Assembly (NCBI GenBank): GCA_030141605.1
Contig: JAQGDQ010000810.1
Coordinates: 1 to 64,000, forward strand
Length of the DNA: 64,000 nucleotides
Origin: Tubiluchus corallicola
Lineage: Eukaryota > Animalia > Priapulida
Reading direction: 5' to 3'
The notes beneath the pieces were generated by a model, which saw only the letters and a program-made list of their open reading frames with translations, ran no database searches and was not told the origin of the DNA. Numbering within the stretch: position 1 is the first letter of the stretch; each line of letters starts with the position of its first letter. Positions 1 to 11,828 of the stretch are shown here, piece after piece. A program made the translations under genes and the position numbers.

Positions 1-654
1 TCTTGCGGTTTTAGCGTTAATTGAGCGGAATCTACGACCAGAGGGGGGCATTTCAAAATATTTATTACGTGGATGGAATATTGCGCTCTCTTTGCTACCC
101 TAGTTTCGTACAAATTTGCCAGAGATTGTTGTTCAACTCCTATAATTTTCAAGGCGGATTTAACAACTTGATCAAAAGCATTGTGATCTCCGTGAGTGGT
201 AGCGCCATCGTACCAAACAGTGAGGGATGTTATTAAGACGCTCTCAGTTACTGCATTAAAAACTTTCCACCCCATGGTCCAGCAGGAGAAATGTTAAGTG
301 ATTTCAGTCTACAACTTAGAAACTTGTATTGATGCGTCTCTTAAAAAGTACAGACGCTGGCGTGCCTTTTTTACTCAATAAAGCTTCCCATTTAAGATAC
401 AGATTAAAACATACTTATTTAAAATAGCATGCAATCTTTGAACTGACCAAATGATTTGTCGTTATTATGCTTGTATTTTGTAAATCTGTGTGTTTTTATG
501 TATTTACTTACTGTAATTTTGTGAAAATTTAGTAGGATTTCTGTTTAATCTTATAAACCTTTTTTGTAAGCTGATGATTTTAGAAATCTTTGTGAAGCGT
601 CTTTGAATATTGTCAGTTGTGTTGTCTATAGAGTTAGATGCTATACAAAATAAA

Positions 655-690
<36 letters not shown>

Positions 691-870
691 GTTATTGTTA
701 TTGTTATTTTTATTATTATTATTGTTATTATTATTATTATGTTATTGTTGTTTTTGTTATTATTATTATTATTAATATTATTATTATTATTTTATTATCT
801 ATTATTATTATTATTATTATTATATTATTATTATTATTAATATTATTATTATTATTAATATTATTATTAT
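1..870. repeat. Left arm of long inverted repeat (runs off window start)
   Basis: Reverse complement of ~7074-7942. Differs by a few substitutions, a 1-bp indel and microsatellite length. Confidence 0.97.
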
Positions 871-1010
871 TGTTATTATTACTATCATTATTATTATTAT
901 TATGTTATTATCATTATCATTATTATTATTATTATGTTATTGTTGTTTTTGTTATTATTATTGTTATTGTTATTATTATTATTATTATTATTAATATTAT
1001 TATTATTATT

Positions 1011-1047
<37 letters not shown>

Positions 1048-1049
1048 TA

Positions 1050-1080
<31 letters not shown>

Positions 1081-1143
1081 TATTATTATTATCATCATTA
1101 TCATTATTATTAATTATTATTATTATTATGTTATTGTTATTGT
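652..1143. repeat. Imperfect (TAT)n microsatellite
   Basis: Direct reading. Mirror (ATA)n at 7074-7295. Confidence 0.97.
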
Positions 1144-1238
1144 AAAACTCTCCATCTCAGCAGGGTGATGCCTTCATTGCTTTACCTTCCTCTTACGTCA
1201 TTTTATCGGTTTTCATCAGTGTTACGTTTCTTTCATAG

Positions 1239-1345
1239 ATCCCAGCAAAGTCGTTCACACGGAAGTGGCTCTCGTGCCGGACGAGTTTGACAGTTATCAA
1301 GTGGGAGTTGATGCGGACGTCACGTTCTGTTTGAAAGAGTTAAGG
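1239..1345 (+). CDS. RAD9: RAD9 exon 7, opposite strand to exons 1-6 ([36 protein letters not shown])
   Basis: TTTCATAG acceptor, GTGGGT donor, 107 nt, phase 1 to 0. Contains the RAD9 hallmark TFCLKE(F/L)R. Confidence 0.95.
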
Positions 1346-1490
1346 GTGGGTGGTGCTCATTTTACACGGAAATAGCGAATTTGCAAAACTGGTCGAATAA
1401 GTTTTGCGCTTTGCGTTCGAACAAAATTGACCGTACGTCACTGCTTTGCTAGGTTTCATCATATGTTGATTGAGGAGGTGCGTTTAGCCG

Positions 1491-1642
1491 TGTTACTTGA
1501 ATTCAAGGTTGTTTGCTGTGTTACTTGAATTCAAGGTTGTTTGCTGTGTTACTTGAATTCAAGGTTGTTTGCTGTGTTACTTGAATTCAAGGTTGTTTGC
1601 TGTGTTACTTGAATTCAAGGTTGTTTGCTGTGTTACTTGAAT
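1491..1642. repeat. 28-bp minisatellite, ~5.4 copies (TGTTACTTGAATTCAAGGTTGTTTGCTG)
   Basis: Perfect tandem units. Confidence 0.95.
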
Positions 1643-1805
1643 CTCAGAGTCCACTCTGTCCTTCAGGTTGGCTCCAAAGCGTTTGCTGGGTTGAGGTCTG
1701 GTGAATTTCTAGGCAATCCAATGATACCTATTGTTCTGTACTATTTATTCATACTATCAGTTACATGTTGTTTCTGTACCTCCTAGCAAAAGGGTGTGTT
1801 CCATC

Positions 1806-2902
1806 CAGAGGCGTAGCTAGGTCAAGGCGCCGGGGGGCAATCGGCCCGGGTGCAAGGATGAGAGCGCAAAATTCTTCTAGAGTTCAGCGACTTAATTGTT
1901 AATTACTAATCCGACATTAGCAAAACAATTAACAAAAATTTTCAAACTACGTAGACATCGCATAGTCAGAGATCATCGCAATTGATTTAATTACTATTTA
2001 AAGCCTAGGAAAAGGCTATTGTTGTTTCTTAATGGCGTGGGGGGGGGGGTCGTGTGGTTTAGTTTATCCATAATTTTGGAGAAACAGTGACGTTTCTCTA
2101 AATGCCGATTGCAGGGATGAGAATTTTCCGCGGATACGCGGAATTCCGAGTTTCTGGAAGACCAGTAGTGTCATTTTTGTAAATCGCGTAAATTCGTTGA
2201 GAAAATTTTTACGGACCCAGTACATTATTTCACGAGCTGACCGCTAGTTGGCAGGCCGTCACTTTGTTTACATCACGTACATCAGTGTAACCATGTGTAT
2301 ATCACTATGTATAAAAATATAGAATCAATTGTGTGGAGTTATTTGAGTCAATTACAGACAGTTTTTATTTACTTTTGCATAGGAGCGGCCAGTACTTAGG
2401 CATTTTTGAGACAATTAGGTATCATGTATCCTTGATAGTTGGGTATTTTAAATTATGCATGAAACAAGGTAATTGATATTTTAAGTCCACTTAGAGGCTG
2501 TCTGTGTTCACAAAATTGCAATTTGTTGCTGCTTATGGCCTGTTTCAGAGTTTTTTACTATTTATCATTCTCATCCCTGCAATTGTATTGTGAAAATCTG
2601 TAGTGTTCTGTATCTTTCATAATCTTTACATGTTTTAATGCTGGAGCTGAATGTTTAAGGACTGTTGAGTTACGAGCAACTTATGCATAGAAAAGAGTTA
2701 TTCTGCTGCAGTACCGCAAGTCACACTTATGGTGATTCTTAGAAAAAATCGTTTATCTTTATCCCATCTTGTCGAAAAAGAAATACAAAAAACTTGCACA
2801 ATTTGTGGTTTCACCAATGAAAACAAAAGATCAAGACATTAAAGGGGTAGGGCGCCAAACGTTTTTTACCCTCGGATGCCACAAGTACTTGCTACGTCAC
2901 TG
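1806..2902. mobile_element. hAT-type MITE with a nested second MITE
   Basis: TIRs CAGAGGCGTAGCTAG / CTTGCTACGTCACTG. 8-bp TSD GTTCCATC / GTTCCATA. Confidence 0.75.
2112..2579 (+). mobile_element. CAGGGATGAGAAT-TIR MITE, copy 1
   Basis: 13-bp TIRs, flanks CGATTG / CAATTG. Highly similar to 5 other copies in the window. Confidence 0.9.
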
Positions 2903-2968
2903 GTTCCATACTGTATTTACTTTTTTGATGAGATTTTAATCCGCGGTTTTTTCATTTTTCATTTTCAG

Positions 2969-3033
2969 GCGATTCTCTCATTTACGGAATTCGTCAGCCT
3001 CCCTTTAACTGCGCATTTTGAAACAGCCGGCAA
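2969..3033 (+). CDS. RAD9: RAD9 exon 8 (AILSFTEFVSLPLTAHFETAGK)
   Basis: TTTTCAG acceptor, GTGAGT donor, 65 nt, phase 0 to 2. Matches RAD9 GLLSFAES..L.LSIHFDAPGRP. Confidence 0.93.
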
Positions 3034-3984
3034 GTGAGTAGCTTTGCAATGTCTTTTGCTGTGTATTGTATGCGAATAAACCAGATGTTTCTAAAGTGAT
3101 AAAGATTGGCCTTTTTGTTTCGCACGGAAATATCAAGTTTTTCCATTTTGCGTTACTTGAAGGCAGTTAAAGCTTTAAAGCTGCAAGATCTAGGGTTTAA
3201 ATTTTTTGTGAATTTGTAATTTCCGGGAATTTTTAGAATCTGCCTAACAATAGGAAAAAATGGGAGTAAAAGTGGTAAATGCCACATTTTAACAATGAGA
3301 TTTGTCTATCCACAAAAATAACAGATCTATTACTAGATTTAAAAAAATGCTAAAAAATCAAATTTTAAGCAAGTATGAGTGAGTAATCAAAATTTCTATC
3401 AGTATCCATCCTCACAGTGGTGTTATCTTAATCAAGTTATCTTAATTTTACATACTATTAACAAATAATAGTCTTTCTATCTTTTATATCATCTCATATA
3501 TGAGCTTCATTCATTACATCATTCCATTTTAAGCACTAATGTTTTTTTATCACGATTCACTTTAAATTTTCAGATTATTTCCATTACTTTTTTCTATCAC
3601 TGTGTGGGACAATCTAACAAGCCCTGCTTTTTGATTGCCCGCAACACATTTACCTTCGTGTATAAGTGAACAGTGTTTGAGGCTTTTCCTGTGCAGTATT
3701 TCTTATTTGTATTACGTTCATTGTAGGCCCTTTCACTAGATATTGTATAAGTAACCATTGTAAATGTGTAATGTGAAATAAATGACTTTCGACTTATGAC
3801 AATGGCAAATTTACACACGGCATCATGGGATTATTATCAGGAGTTACATATTTTTTCACCTGCCATGTAATGACTCAGACCAGAAGTAGTTTTTTTGACA
3901 CCCAATTATCCAGTTACTAACCAAGCTCATTAGTGTTTAACTTTGTAACTAAGTCAACAGACTGCGTTTTTTACCTGCTTTCAG

Positions 3985-4143
3985 ACCCATCGTGTTTTCG
4001 ATCAGTAGCGATCCCAGTTTCGAAGCCAACTTTGTACTGGCGACACTAGCAGACAGAGTCGGTGATACATCAGAGCCATCTACGTCGAAGCCAGATGAAC
4101 AGAGAGCAACATCAGTGTCACATAAGCAGAAACAAGTGTCAAA
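3985..4143 (+). CDS. RAD9: RAD9 exon 9 (PIVFSISSDPSFEANFVLATLAD...QKQVS, ends phase 2; further exons not found in window)
   Basis: TTTCAG acceptor, GTAAGT donor, 159 nt. FVLATL marks the end of the PCNA-like fold. No stop codon. Confidence 0.93.
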
Positions 4144-4193
4144 GTAAGTGTATTTTTTCCAATTGCTAGGGCATATGGTTTTGGTTTATGGTC

Positions 4194-4682
4194 CAGGGAT
4201 GAGAATTTTCCGCGGGTACGCGGAATTCCGAGTTTTTGGAAGACCAGTAGTGCCATTTTTGTAAATCGCGTAAATTCGTTGAGAAAATTTTTACGGACCG
4301 AGTACATTATTTCACAAGCTGACCGCTAGTTGGCAGGCCGTCACTTTGTTTACGTCACGTACATCAGTGTAACCACGTGTATATCTCTATGTATAAAAAT
4401 ATAGAATCAATTGTGCAGAGTTATTTGAGTCAATTGCAGACAGTTTTTATATACTTTTGCATAGGAGCGGCCAGTACTTAGGCGTTTTTGAGACAATTAG
4501 GTATCATGTATCCTTGATAGTTGGGTATTTTAAATTATGCATGAAACAAGGTAACTGATATTTTAAGTCCACTTAGAGGCTCTTTATGGTTACAAAATTG
4601 CAATTTGTTGCTTTGCTCCCTTGAACCCCAATGGGGGCCTACGCGGCCCCAAAACCCCGGGCCTGTTTCAGAGTTTTTTGCA
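4194..4682 (+). mobile_element. CAGGGATGAGAAT-TIR MITE, copy 2 (right TIR lost)
   Basis: Same internal sequence as 38682-39200. Confidence 0.88.
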
Positions 4683-5212
4683 AAAAATTCATATGACTGT
4701 GTTTCATCCATCCACAAATCATTCAGGCGAAGTGCTAAGTAATTTCATGTCAGTTTTGCCAGTTTTTTGCAAATTGCGGCCAGAATGTTGCACGAAATTC
4801 GCATGACACGTATGCGCATTTTTTGCAACTTCTGCGACAAGGCGAATGTTGCACAAGGATAGTGTGATCATTTTACGACCGTTTAACAAAATTTTCGCAA
4901 ATTTTCGAAAAATGGTTGCAGCAGTCTCAAAATCTTCTCAAAATTTTCGCATATTCTGATATTGTTGGCATGGCGATGTGGCGAGTTTTCCAACTCCGGT
5001 TACAAAGCCTTAAAATTTTTTGCCGAAGCCATCGGGCTTTTGACAACAGTGGCAAATACCTGCGCATATTTGGGGGAACTTTGGAGCATATTTGGTGGTT
5101 TTTGGACTTCGTCGAAGTCATGAGCGCGAGCTTTATGTTGGAAGTTGTTAAATGCAATGCATGTGGTTGTAACTTGAGGTGATGAAAAAAGGTTTAATTC
5201 TAATGTTTAGAA

Positions 5213-7074
5213 TTAACGAACGATAGCAAAAGTTGGAATGATAACAAGCGATAGCAAAGGTCGGAATGATAACAAGCGATAGCAAAAGTCGGAATGATAA
5301 CAAGCGATAGCAAAGGTCGGAATGATAACAAGCGATAGCAAAAGTCGGAATGATAACAAGCGATAGCAAAAGTCAGAATGATAACAAGCGATAGCAAAGG
5401 TCGGAATGATAACAAGCGATAGCAAAGGTCGGAATGATAACGAGCGATAGCAAAAGTCAGAATGATAACGAACGATAGCAAAAGTCAGAATGATAACGAG
5501 CGATAGCAAAAGTCGGAATGATAACAAGCGATAGCAAAAGTCGGAATGATAACAAGCGATAGCAAAAGTCGGAATGATAACAAGCGATAGCAAAAGTCGG
5601 AATGATAACAAGCGATAGCAAAAGTCGGAATGATAACAAGCGATAGCAAAACTCGGAATGATAACAAGCGATAGCAAAGGTCGGAATGATAACAAGCGAT
5701 AGCAAAAGTCGGAATGATAACGAACGATAGCAAAAGTCGGAATGATAACAAGCGATAGCAAAAGTCGGAATGATAACAAGCGATAGCAAAAGTCGGAATG
5801 ATAACAAGCGATAGCAAAAGTCAGAATGATAACAAGCGATAGCAAAAGTCAGAATGATAACGAGCGATAGCAAAGGACGGAATGATAACAAGCGATAGCA
5901 AAAGTCAGAATGATAACGAACGATAGCAAAAGTCAGAATGATAACAAGCGATAGCAAAAGTCAGAATGATAACAAGCGATAGCAAAGGTCGGAATGATAA
6001 CAAGCGATAGCAAAGGTCGGAATGATAACAAGCGATAGCAAAAGTCAGAATGATAACAAGCGATAGCAAAAGTCAGAATGATAACGAACGATAGCAAAAG
6101 TCAGAATGATAACAAGCGATAGCAAAAGTCAGAATGATAACAAGCGATAGCAAAAGTCAGAATGATAACAAGCGATAGCAAAGGTCAGAATGATAACAAG
6201 CGATAGCAAAAGTCAGAATGATAACAAGCGATAGCAAAGGTCGGAATGATAACAAGCGATAGCAAAGGTCGGAATGATAACAAGCGATAGCAAAGGTCGG
6301 AATGATAACAAGCGATAGCAAAAGTCCGAATGATAACGAGCGATAGCAAAAGTCAGAATGATAACAAGCGATAGCAAAAGTCCGAATGATAACAAGCGAT
6401 AGCAAAAGTCGGAATGATAACAAGCGATAGCAAAAGTCCGAATGATGACAAGCGATAGCAAAAGTCCGAATGATAACGAACGATAGCAAAAGTCGGAATG
6501 ATAACGAACGATAGCAAAAGTCGGAATGATAACAAACGATAGCAAAAGTCGGAATGATAACAAGCGATAGCAAAAGTCGGAATGATAACAAGCGATAGCA
6601 AAAGTCCGAATGATAACAAGCGATAGCAAAAGTCAGAATGATAACGAACGATAGCAAAAGTCAGAATGATAACAAGCGATAGCAAAAGTCGGAATGATAA
6701 CAAGCGATAGCAAAGGTCGGAATGATAACAAGCGATAGCAAAAGTCAGAATGATAACAAGCGATAGCAAAGGTCGGAATGATAACAAGCGATAGCAAAGG
6801 TCGGAATGATAACAAGCGATAGCAAAGGTCGGAATGATAACAAGCGATAGCAAAAGTCCGAATGATAACGAGCGATAGCAAAAGTCAGAATGATAACGAA
6901 CGATAGCAAAAGTCAGAATGATAACGAGCGATAGCAAAAGTCGGAATGATAACAAGCGATAGCAAAAGTCGGAATGATAACAAGCGATAGCAAAAGTCCG
7001 AATGATAACGAACGATAGCAAAAGTCGGAATGATAACGAACGATAGCAAAAGTCGGAATGATAACAAACGATAG
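5213..7074. repeat. 28-bp satellite, ~66 copies (CGATAGCAAAAGTCGGAATGATAACAAG)
   Basis: Contiguous tandem units without spacers. Abuts the right inverted-repeat arm. Confidence 0.98.
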
Positions 7075-7942
7075 TAATAATAATAATAATAGATAATAAA
7101 ATAATAATAATAATATTAATAATAATAATAATATAATAATAATAATAATAATAATAGATAATAAAATAATAACAATAATATTAATAATAATAATAATAAC
7201 AAAAACAACAATAACATAATAATAATAATAACAATAATAATAATAAAAATAACAATAACAATAACATAATAATAATAATAATAATAATATTTATTTTGTA
7301 TAGCATCTAACTCTATAGACAACACAACTGACAATATTCAAAGACGCTTCACAAAGATTTCTAAAATCATCAGCTTACAAAAAAGGTTTATAAGATTAAA
7401 CAGAAATCCTACTAAATTTCACAAAATTACAGTAAGTAAATACATAAAAACACACAGATTTACAAAATACAAGCATAATAACGACAAATCATTTGGTCAG
7501 TTCAAAGATTGCATGCTATTTGAAATAAGTATGTTTTAGTCTGTATCTTAAATGGGAAGCTTTATTGAGTAAAAAAGGCACGCCAGCGTCTGTACTTTTT
7601 AAGAGACGCATCAATACAAGTTTCTAAGTTGTAGACTGAAATCACTTAACATTTCTCCTGCTGGACCATGGGGTGGAAAGTTTTTAATGCAGTAACTGAG
7701 AGCGTCTTAATAACATCCCTCACTGTTTGGTACGATGGCGCTACCACTCACGGAGATCACAATGCTTTTGATCAAGTTGTTAAATCCGCCTCGAAAATTA
7801 TAGGAGTTGAACAACAATCTCTGGCAAATTTGTACGAAACTAGGGTAGCAAAGAGAGCGCAATATTCCATCCACGTAATAAATATTTTGAAATGCCCCCC
7901 TCTGGTCGTAGATTCCGCTCAATTAACGCTAAAACCGCAAGA
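7074..7942. repeat. Right arm of long inverted repeat
   Basis: Ends ...GCTAAAACCGCAAGA, the reverse complement of window bases 1-15. ORF-track twins 21..236/7707..7922 and 610..840/7116..7334. Confidence 0.97.
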
Positions 7943-7985
7943 ACTTTAAATTCTTTCTATCCCGTTGCAAATAAGAGATTAAAAA
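7570..7985 (+). mobile_element. Degenerate Rex1/Babar-type LINE 3' fragment (DUF1891-like); mirror copy at 1-375 (-)
   Basis: KKARQRLYFL...VFNAVTESVLITSLTVWYDGATT..D...DQVVKSASKIIG resembles the Rex1 RT C-terminus. Frameshifted. Confidence 0.75.
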
Positions 7986-8404
7986 CTTAATTAAAGCCTG
8001 GCAAACTATTGACGACATCAGAACATAATTTTCAAACGCACAAAGGTTTCACGAACGTGTTGCGCGTGTTTGCGAAAGCGAAAATTGATGTACAGCGCCA
8101 CACCCACTAGTCTACACCCATCCCCCACCCCAGAAAAACTGTGGCAGGTATACATCTGCCCAAGAAGCTGTGAACCAGTTGCGCAACTCAGTCTAAGTCT
8201 TATCTCGTGCAGCCATCTTGTGGCGGAAATAGTAATTAGTAAGCATAAAAAGAAGTATGGGTAAATCTTTCAGGCCGATAATAATTTTATTAATTCTAAT
8301 TTGAAATCGTAATTAAAAAGCACTAAGATGGAAAGATGGCTACGATGAAGTCTAACGTGGCCTTATGTAAATTAAGCGTTCAATTGTAAGAAATCATTCA
8401 TTCG

Positions 8405-8560
8405 ACCAGACGGTTTAGTCTTGTGGTAATGCGTCTGCTTTCCGTCTGGGAGGTCATGAGTTCGAACCAGCGGCTGGGGCATACCAAAGACTAAAAATGG
8501 TACCTGCTGTTGCCCTGCCTAACGCGTGGTATTTAGGGTAAAAGTGGGGTAATAATAGTC
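8405..8560 (+). mobile_element. tRNA-derived SINE; related fragment at ~10655-10740
   Basis: A box TAGTCTTGTGG, B box GAGTTCGAACC, then a CATACCAAAGACTAAAAATGGTACC core resembling conserved metazoan SINE cores. Confidence 0.7.
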
Positions 8561-8840
8561 TCTGTTATGTAGTTGTAGGTTGTTATTTACAGTCTGCGAT
8601 AACAGCTCTTTGAGCTAATGTTAATTGTTGACCCAAAAGCCAACTTTAAACATATTATTATTGTTAATATTATTATTATTATCATTATTCATTTCTCAGA
8701 ATTAATAAACATATTAAACATACTTGATTCACTCTGAAAACAGCTGTATGTTCACTATTAGTGATTTACGTTTTTAGCATAGCTACTTTACTTCTACATA
8801 ACTGCCATGCAGTAGAATGTCTACTAAACAGTAAGCTTAC

Positions 8841-8947
8841 CCGGTTCATCCTCCGTATAATTCTTCAAGCGCAAGGATTCCGGGTCGACTATCAATGAAA
8901 TTTCTTCTTGTGTGTTTTGAAAATTCAAAATGGCGTCGCTTAGCAAC
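8841..8947 (-). CDS. RAD9: RAD9 exon 6 (LLSDAILNFQNTQEEISLIVDPESLRLKNYTEDEP, ends phase 1)
   Basis: TGCAG acceptor, GTAAGC donor, 107 nt, phase 2 to 1. In frame with exon 5 and colinear with RAD9. Confidence 0.9.
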
Positions 8948-9804
8948 CTGCAAACAAACAAATTTATTATAGTAATGAGATCAGATATATTAGGTACGTT
9001 AAATGCAATTAAGACTGAGCAAGACTCATCGAATTCGGCTGATATCCAAAACACAAACACACAACATCATAATTTCGCAGGGTTCACGGCCGAGTGGACA
9101 TGATCATATAGCTCAAGACATCTTGGGTTTCACACTCGATCTATGCAATTTTATTCGCCATACTGATTCAGGCAGTTTACCTCACGGACCGAGGATGCAG
9201 TCACAGGGAAACATGGCAGAGACACCTCTGCCAGTCCAGTGGCTCATCCTAGAGTGATATCCTTGATGAGCCAGGCTCCGGTCACTCCACAAACATCGCG
9301 TTTAGTAGACCGCCCAGCAAATGCTTGACAGTGTGATATGTCAGAAATCCTTATGTCTCTCTGAACGTCGCTTAAAGCGGAACAAAACTCTCCACTTACA
9401 TAGAGCTTAAAAAATTCGTCTTGAAAATTTATATCACTTACTTACTGCCTCTTTGTATAAAGGGCTTGTGTCGGCAGTAACGCTGTATAAAACATAAAAA
9501 TTTAAACTCCCACGATGACCGTTAGACGACGCCATTTTGACGACGGGTCATCTGAAACAACTTTAGATAAGATGCAAAAGGTAGAAATTTAGCATGTTGA
9601 TGAGGAATACATGAATGACAGATGTTGTACGATGATGTTACGACGATGATTGCGCCATGATAATATTTCCAAAGCACGAATACAGCCAAAATAAGAATAA
9701 ATAAAAAGAGGCACAATTGCTTGCCAATTATATTATTCAGTTTTATACGGATAACTACAGTCATACAAGAATACGATAACTCTAAAGGAAAGTTTAATTT
9801 CAAC

Positions 9805-9904
9805 CTCGATTGTGCGGCGAGCTGATTCGGACAGAGAGTTTTGCTGAAAACTGCCTGTAGTGTTTCGCATTCGATGTACGCCAAGTTGTACGTCTTCACG
9901 ATAC
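9805..9904 (-). CDS. RAD9: RAD9 exon 5 (GIVKTYNLAYIECETLQAVFSKTLCPNQLAAQSR)
   Basis: TTCAG acceptor, GTTGAA donor, 100 nt, phase 1 to 2. Matches RAD9 [20 protein letters not shown]. Confidence 0.93.
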
Positions 9905-10061
9905 CTGAATAGAAAAAACTCTGATGAGTTTAACAGTCAGTTTTGATCAATTCACATTCCTGGAGACTGAAAACAACTCCTAAGAGTGGATGACGTTTAC
10001 AATTCCCCACACACAAGAAAATATTTCGTGAAGTGAATTAGGTTAGAGTTAAAGTTAGGGT

Positions 10062-10181
10062 GACTACGGCCAAATCACGTTGAAAACACTGGTTCTCGTC
10101 TGACCACCGAAGTTAAGCAACGTAGAGCTTGGTTAGTACTTGGATGGGTGACGGCCTGGGAATACCAGGTGCTGTAGGCTT
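10062..10181 (+). pseudogene. Full-length 5S rRNA-derived sequence (head of a SINE3-like element)
   Basis: GACTACGGCC...CGAAGTTAAGC...GGTTAGTACTTGGATGGGTGAC.GCCTGGGAATACCAGGTGCTGTAGGCTT. Carries substitutions and has no oligo-T terminator. Confidence 0.9.
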
Positions 10182-10565
10182 GCAAGATGCCCACACTGTA
10201 TCTCGACTCTAGGCAGAGAAGAGCTGCACAAGCAGCCAACGGCTAGAGGGCAGAGGAGGTCAAGTGACCCAACGGCCATGTGTAGAGGAGTAAACCTTCC
10301 AAATCAGGAGTGGAGCCCCGAAGGCGGACCAGTGCAGCATGTTCAGTGACTCCGGCAGCTCCTGCAGCCAACCTGGTACCAAACGTATCGCTCCGCTTTC
10401 CTTTGGACTACACCAGGGAGGAAGAGAGGGGGTTCCTGTTGCCTGGGCAACCCAGGATCTCCATACACCTTGCCCAGGCGTGCACCCTGGTTCAAGGATC
10501 GGATTGCTCAGCCACAGTCGACGCTGCAGCTCCATTGTCTTCCGAGACAGAAGGATGACAACAAA
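10062..10565 (+). mobile_element. 5S rRNA-derived SINE (SINE3-like) in RAD9 intron 4
   Basis: 5S head runs straight into a ~380-bp GC-rich body ending GATGACAACAA. Both flanks are degenerate GGTTAG repeats. Confidence 0.7.
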
Positions 10566-11051
10566 CCAAGGTTAGAGTTAGGGTCAAGGTTAAGGTTAGG
10601 GTAATTAAATTGTAAGCTCCTTCCGAGCCAGTTTGTTTGTAAGCACATATACCAGGTGGTCATGTGTTCGATACCGCATCAAGGTAATACCAGACTTTAA
10701 AAATTGAACGCGATGTTTCCCTGCCTGGCGGTATTTTTACAGTAAGAGGCTCATGTTGTCAACTTTAAAGACAACTTTAAAAAAGGTTATTTTTATTATT
10801 ATTATTACTATTATTATTATTATTTTTACCATTACCATTACTATAATTATTATTATTATTACACGAAGAGTATAAATTAACAGAAAACCAAAATTTAAAT
10901 GTCCCAAAAAAAACATTTACTAGATTTTTTGTGACTGCATTAGGTTGATTTTTATTTCGTGCTATACACTATTTCAGTAGTTAATAGTATGGTACAAATA
11001 TGTTCAAATAATAATATGCTAATAATAATAGTACTAACAGTGGTGGCGATG

Positions 11052-11328
11052 GTAATTGCAGTAGTAGCAATAGTAGTAGTAACAGCAGCAGTAACAGCAG
11101 CAACAGCAGCAGTAACAGCAGCAACAGCAGCAGTAACAGCAGCAGCAGCAGTAGTACCAGCAGTAACAGCAGCAGCAGTTGCAGTAGCAGCAGCAACAGC
11201 AGCAGTAGTAGCAGCAGCAGCAGCAGTAGCAGTAGCAGCAGCAGTAGTAGCAGCAGTAACAGCAGCAGCAGTAGCAGTACCAGCAGCAGTAGTAGCAGTA
11301 GCAGCAGCAGCATCAGCAGCAGCAATAT

Positions 11329-11364
<36 letters not shown>

Positions 11365-11502
11365 CAACAGCAGTAGCGGCAGCAGTAGCAGCAGCAGTAG
11401 CAGTAGCAGTAGTAACAGCAGCAGTAACCGCAGCAACAGCAGCAGCAGCAGTAGTATCAGCAGTAACAGCAGCAGCAGTAGCAGTACCAGCAGCAGTAGT
11501 AG

Positions 11503-11537
<35 letters not shown>

Positions 11538-11632
11538 ACAGCAGCCGCTGTAGCAGTAGCAGCATCAGCAGCAACAGCAGCAACAGCAGCAGCAACAGCA
11601 GCAGCAGCAAAAGCAGCAGTAGCTGTAGCAGT
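11052..11632. repeat. (GCA/GTA)n compound microsatellite starting just inside RAD9 intron 4
   Basis: Direct reading. Source of the poly-Ala and poly-Leu ORFs. Confidence 0.97.
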
Positions 11633-11645
11633 ATTAACATCATAC

Positions 11646-11760
11646 CATGTTTGCAGTGAAGTTGAAACACAAGTCTGGCTTCTTTCACATCAAGTTTCAA
11701 TTTACATTTATCTACGGTTTTCTCCAGGCTGCTCAGAGACTTGAAAACTGGGAGGCAGCA
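11646..11760 (-). CDS. RAD9: RAD9 exon 4 (CCLPVFKSLSSLEKTVDKCKL...RLVFQLHCKHG)
   Basis: TTTCAG acceptor, GTATG donor, 115 nt, phase 0 to 1. Matches RAD9 VFRSLAMLEKTVEKC...RLVVQLHCKFG. Confidence 0.95.
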
Positions 11761-11828
11761 CTGAAAATCAAAAACACGACTTCACATTAACTTGAAAATA
11801 AGAGAGTGATCTTCTGAGACTCGCCACG

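Noticed and set aside
610-1145. Poly-Tyr/Ile/Leu hydrophobic ORFs
   Set aside because: Translations of (TAT)n.
5148-7067. Overlapping 60-220-aa ORFs in the 28-bp array, and a superficially CRISPR-like period
   Set aside because: Units are contiguous with no unique spacers, there are no cas genes, and the context is a eukaryotic intron. The ORFs are translations of the repeat.
9030-9370. GC-richer block in RAD9 intron 5 with an 84-aa ORF
   Set aside because: No recognisable protein, termini or second copy. Probably a repeat fragment, but I cannot support a call.
10062-10181. Functional 5S rRNA gene
   Set aside because: Single copy, substitutions at conserved positions, no oligo-T terminator, and fused to a repeat-like body.
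10040-10605. Interstitial telomere
   Set aside because: Only a few degenerate GGTTAG hexamers, a pattern common inside invertebrate repeats.
10959-11744. 261-aa poly-Ala ORF (antifreeze-like) and its poly-Leu antisense ORF
   Set aside because: A trinucleotide microsatellite in RAD9 intron 4. Only 11646-11760 on the minus strand is real exon.
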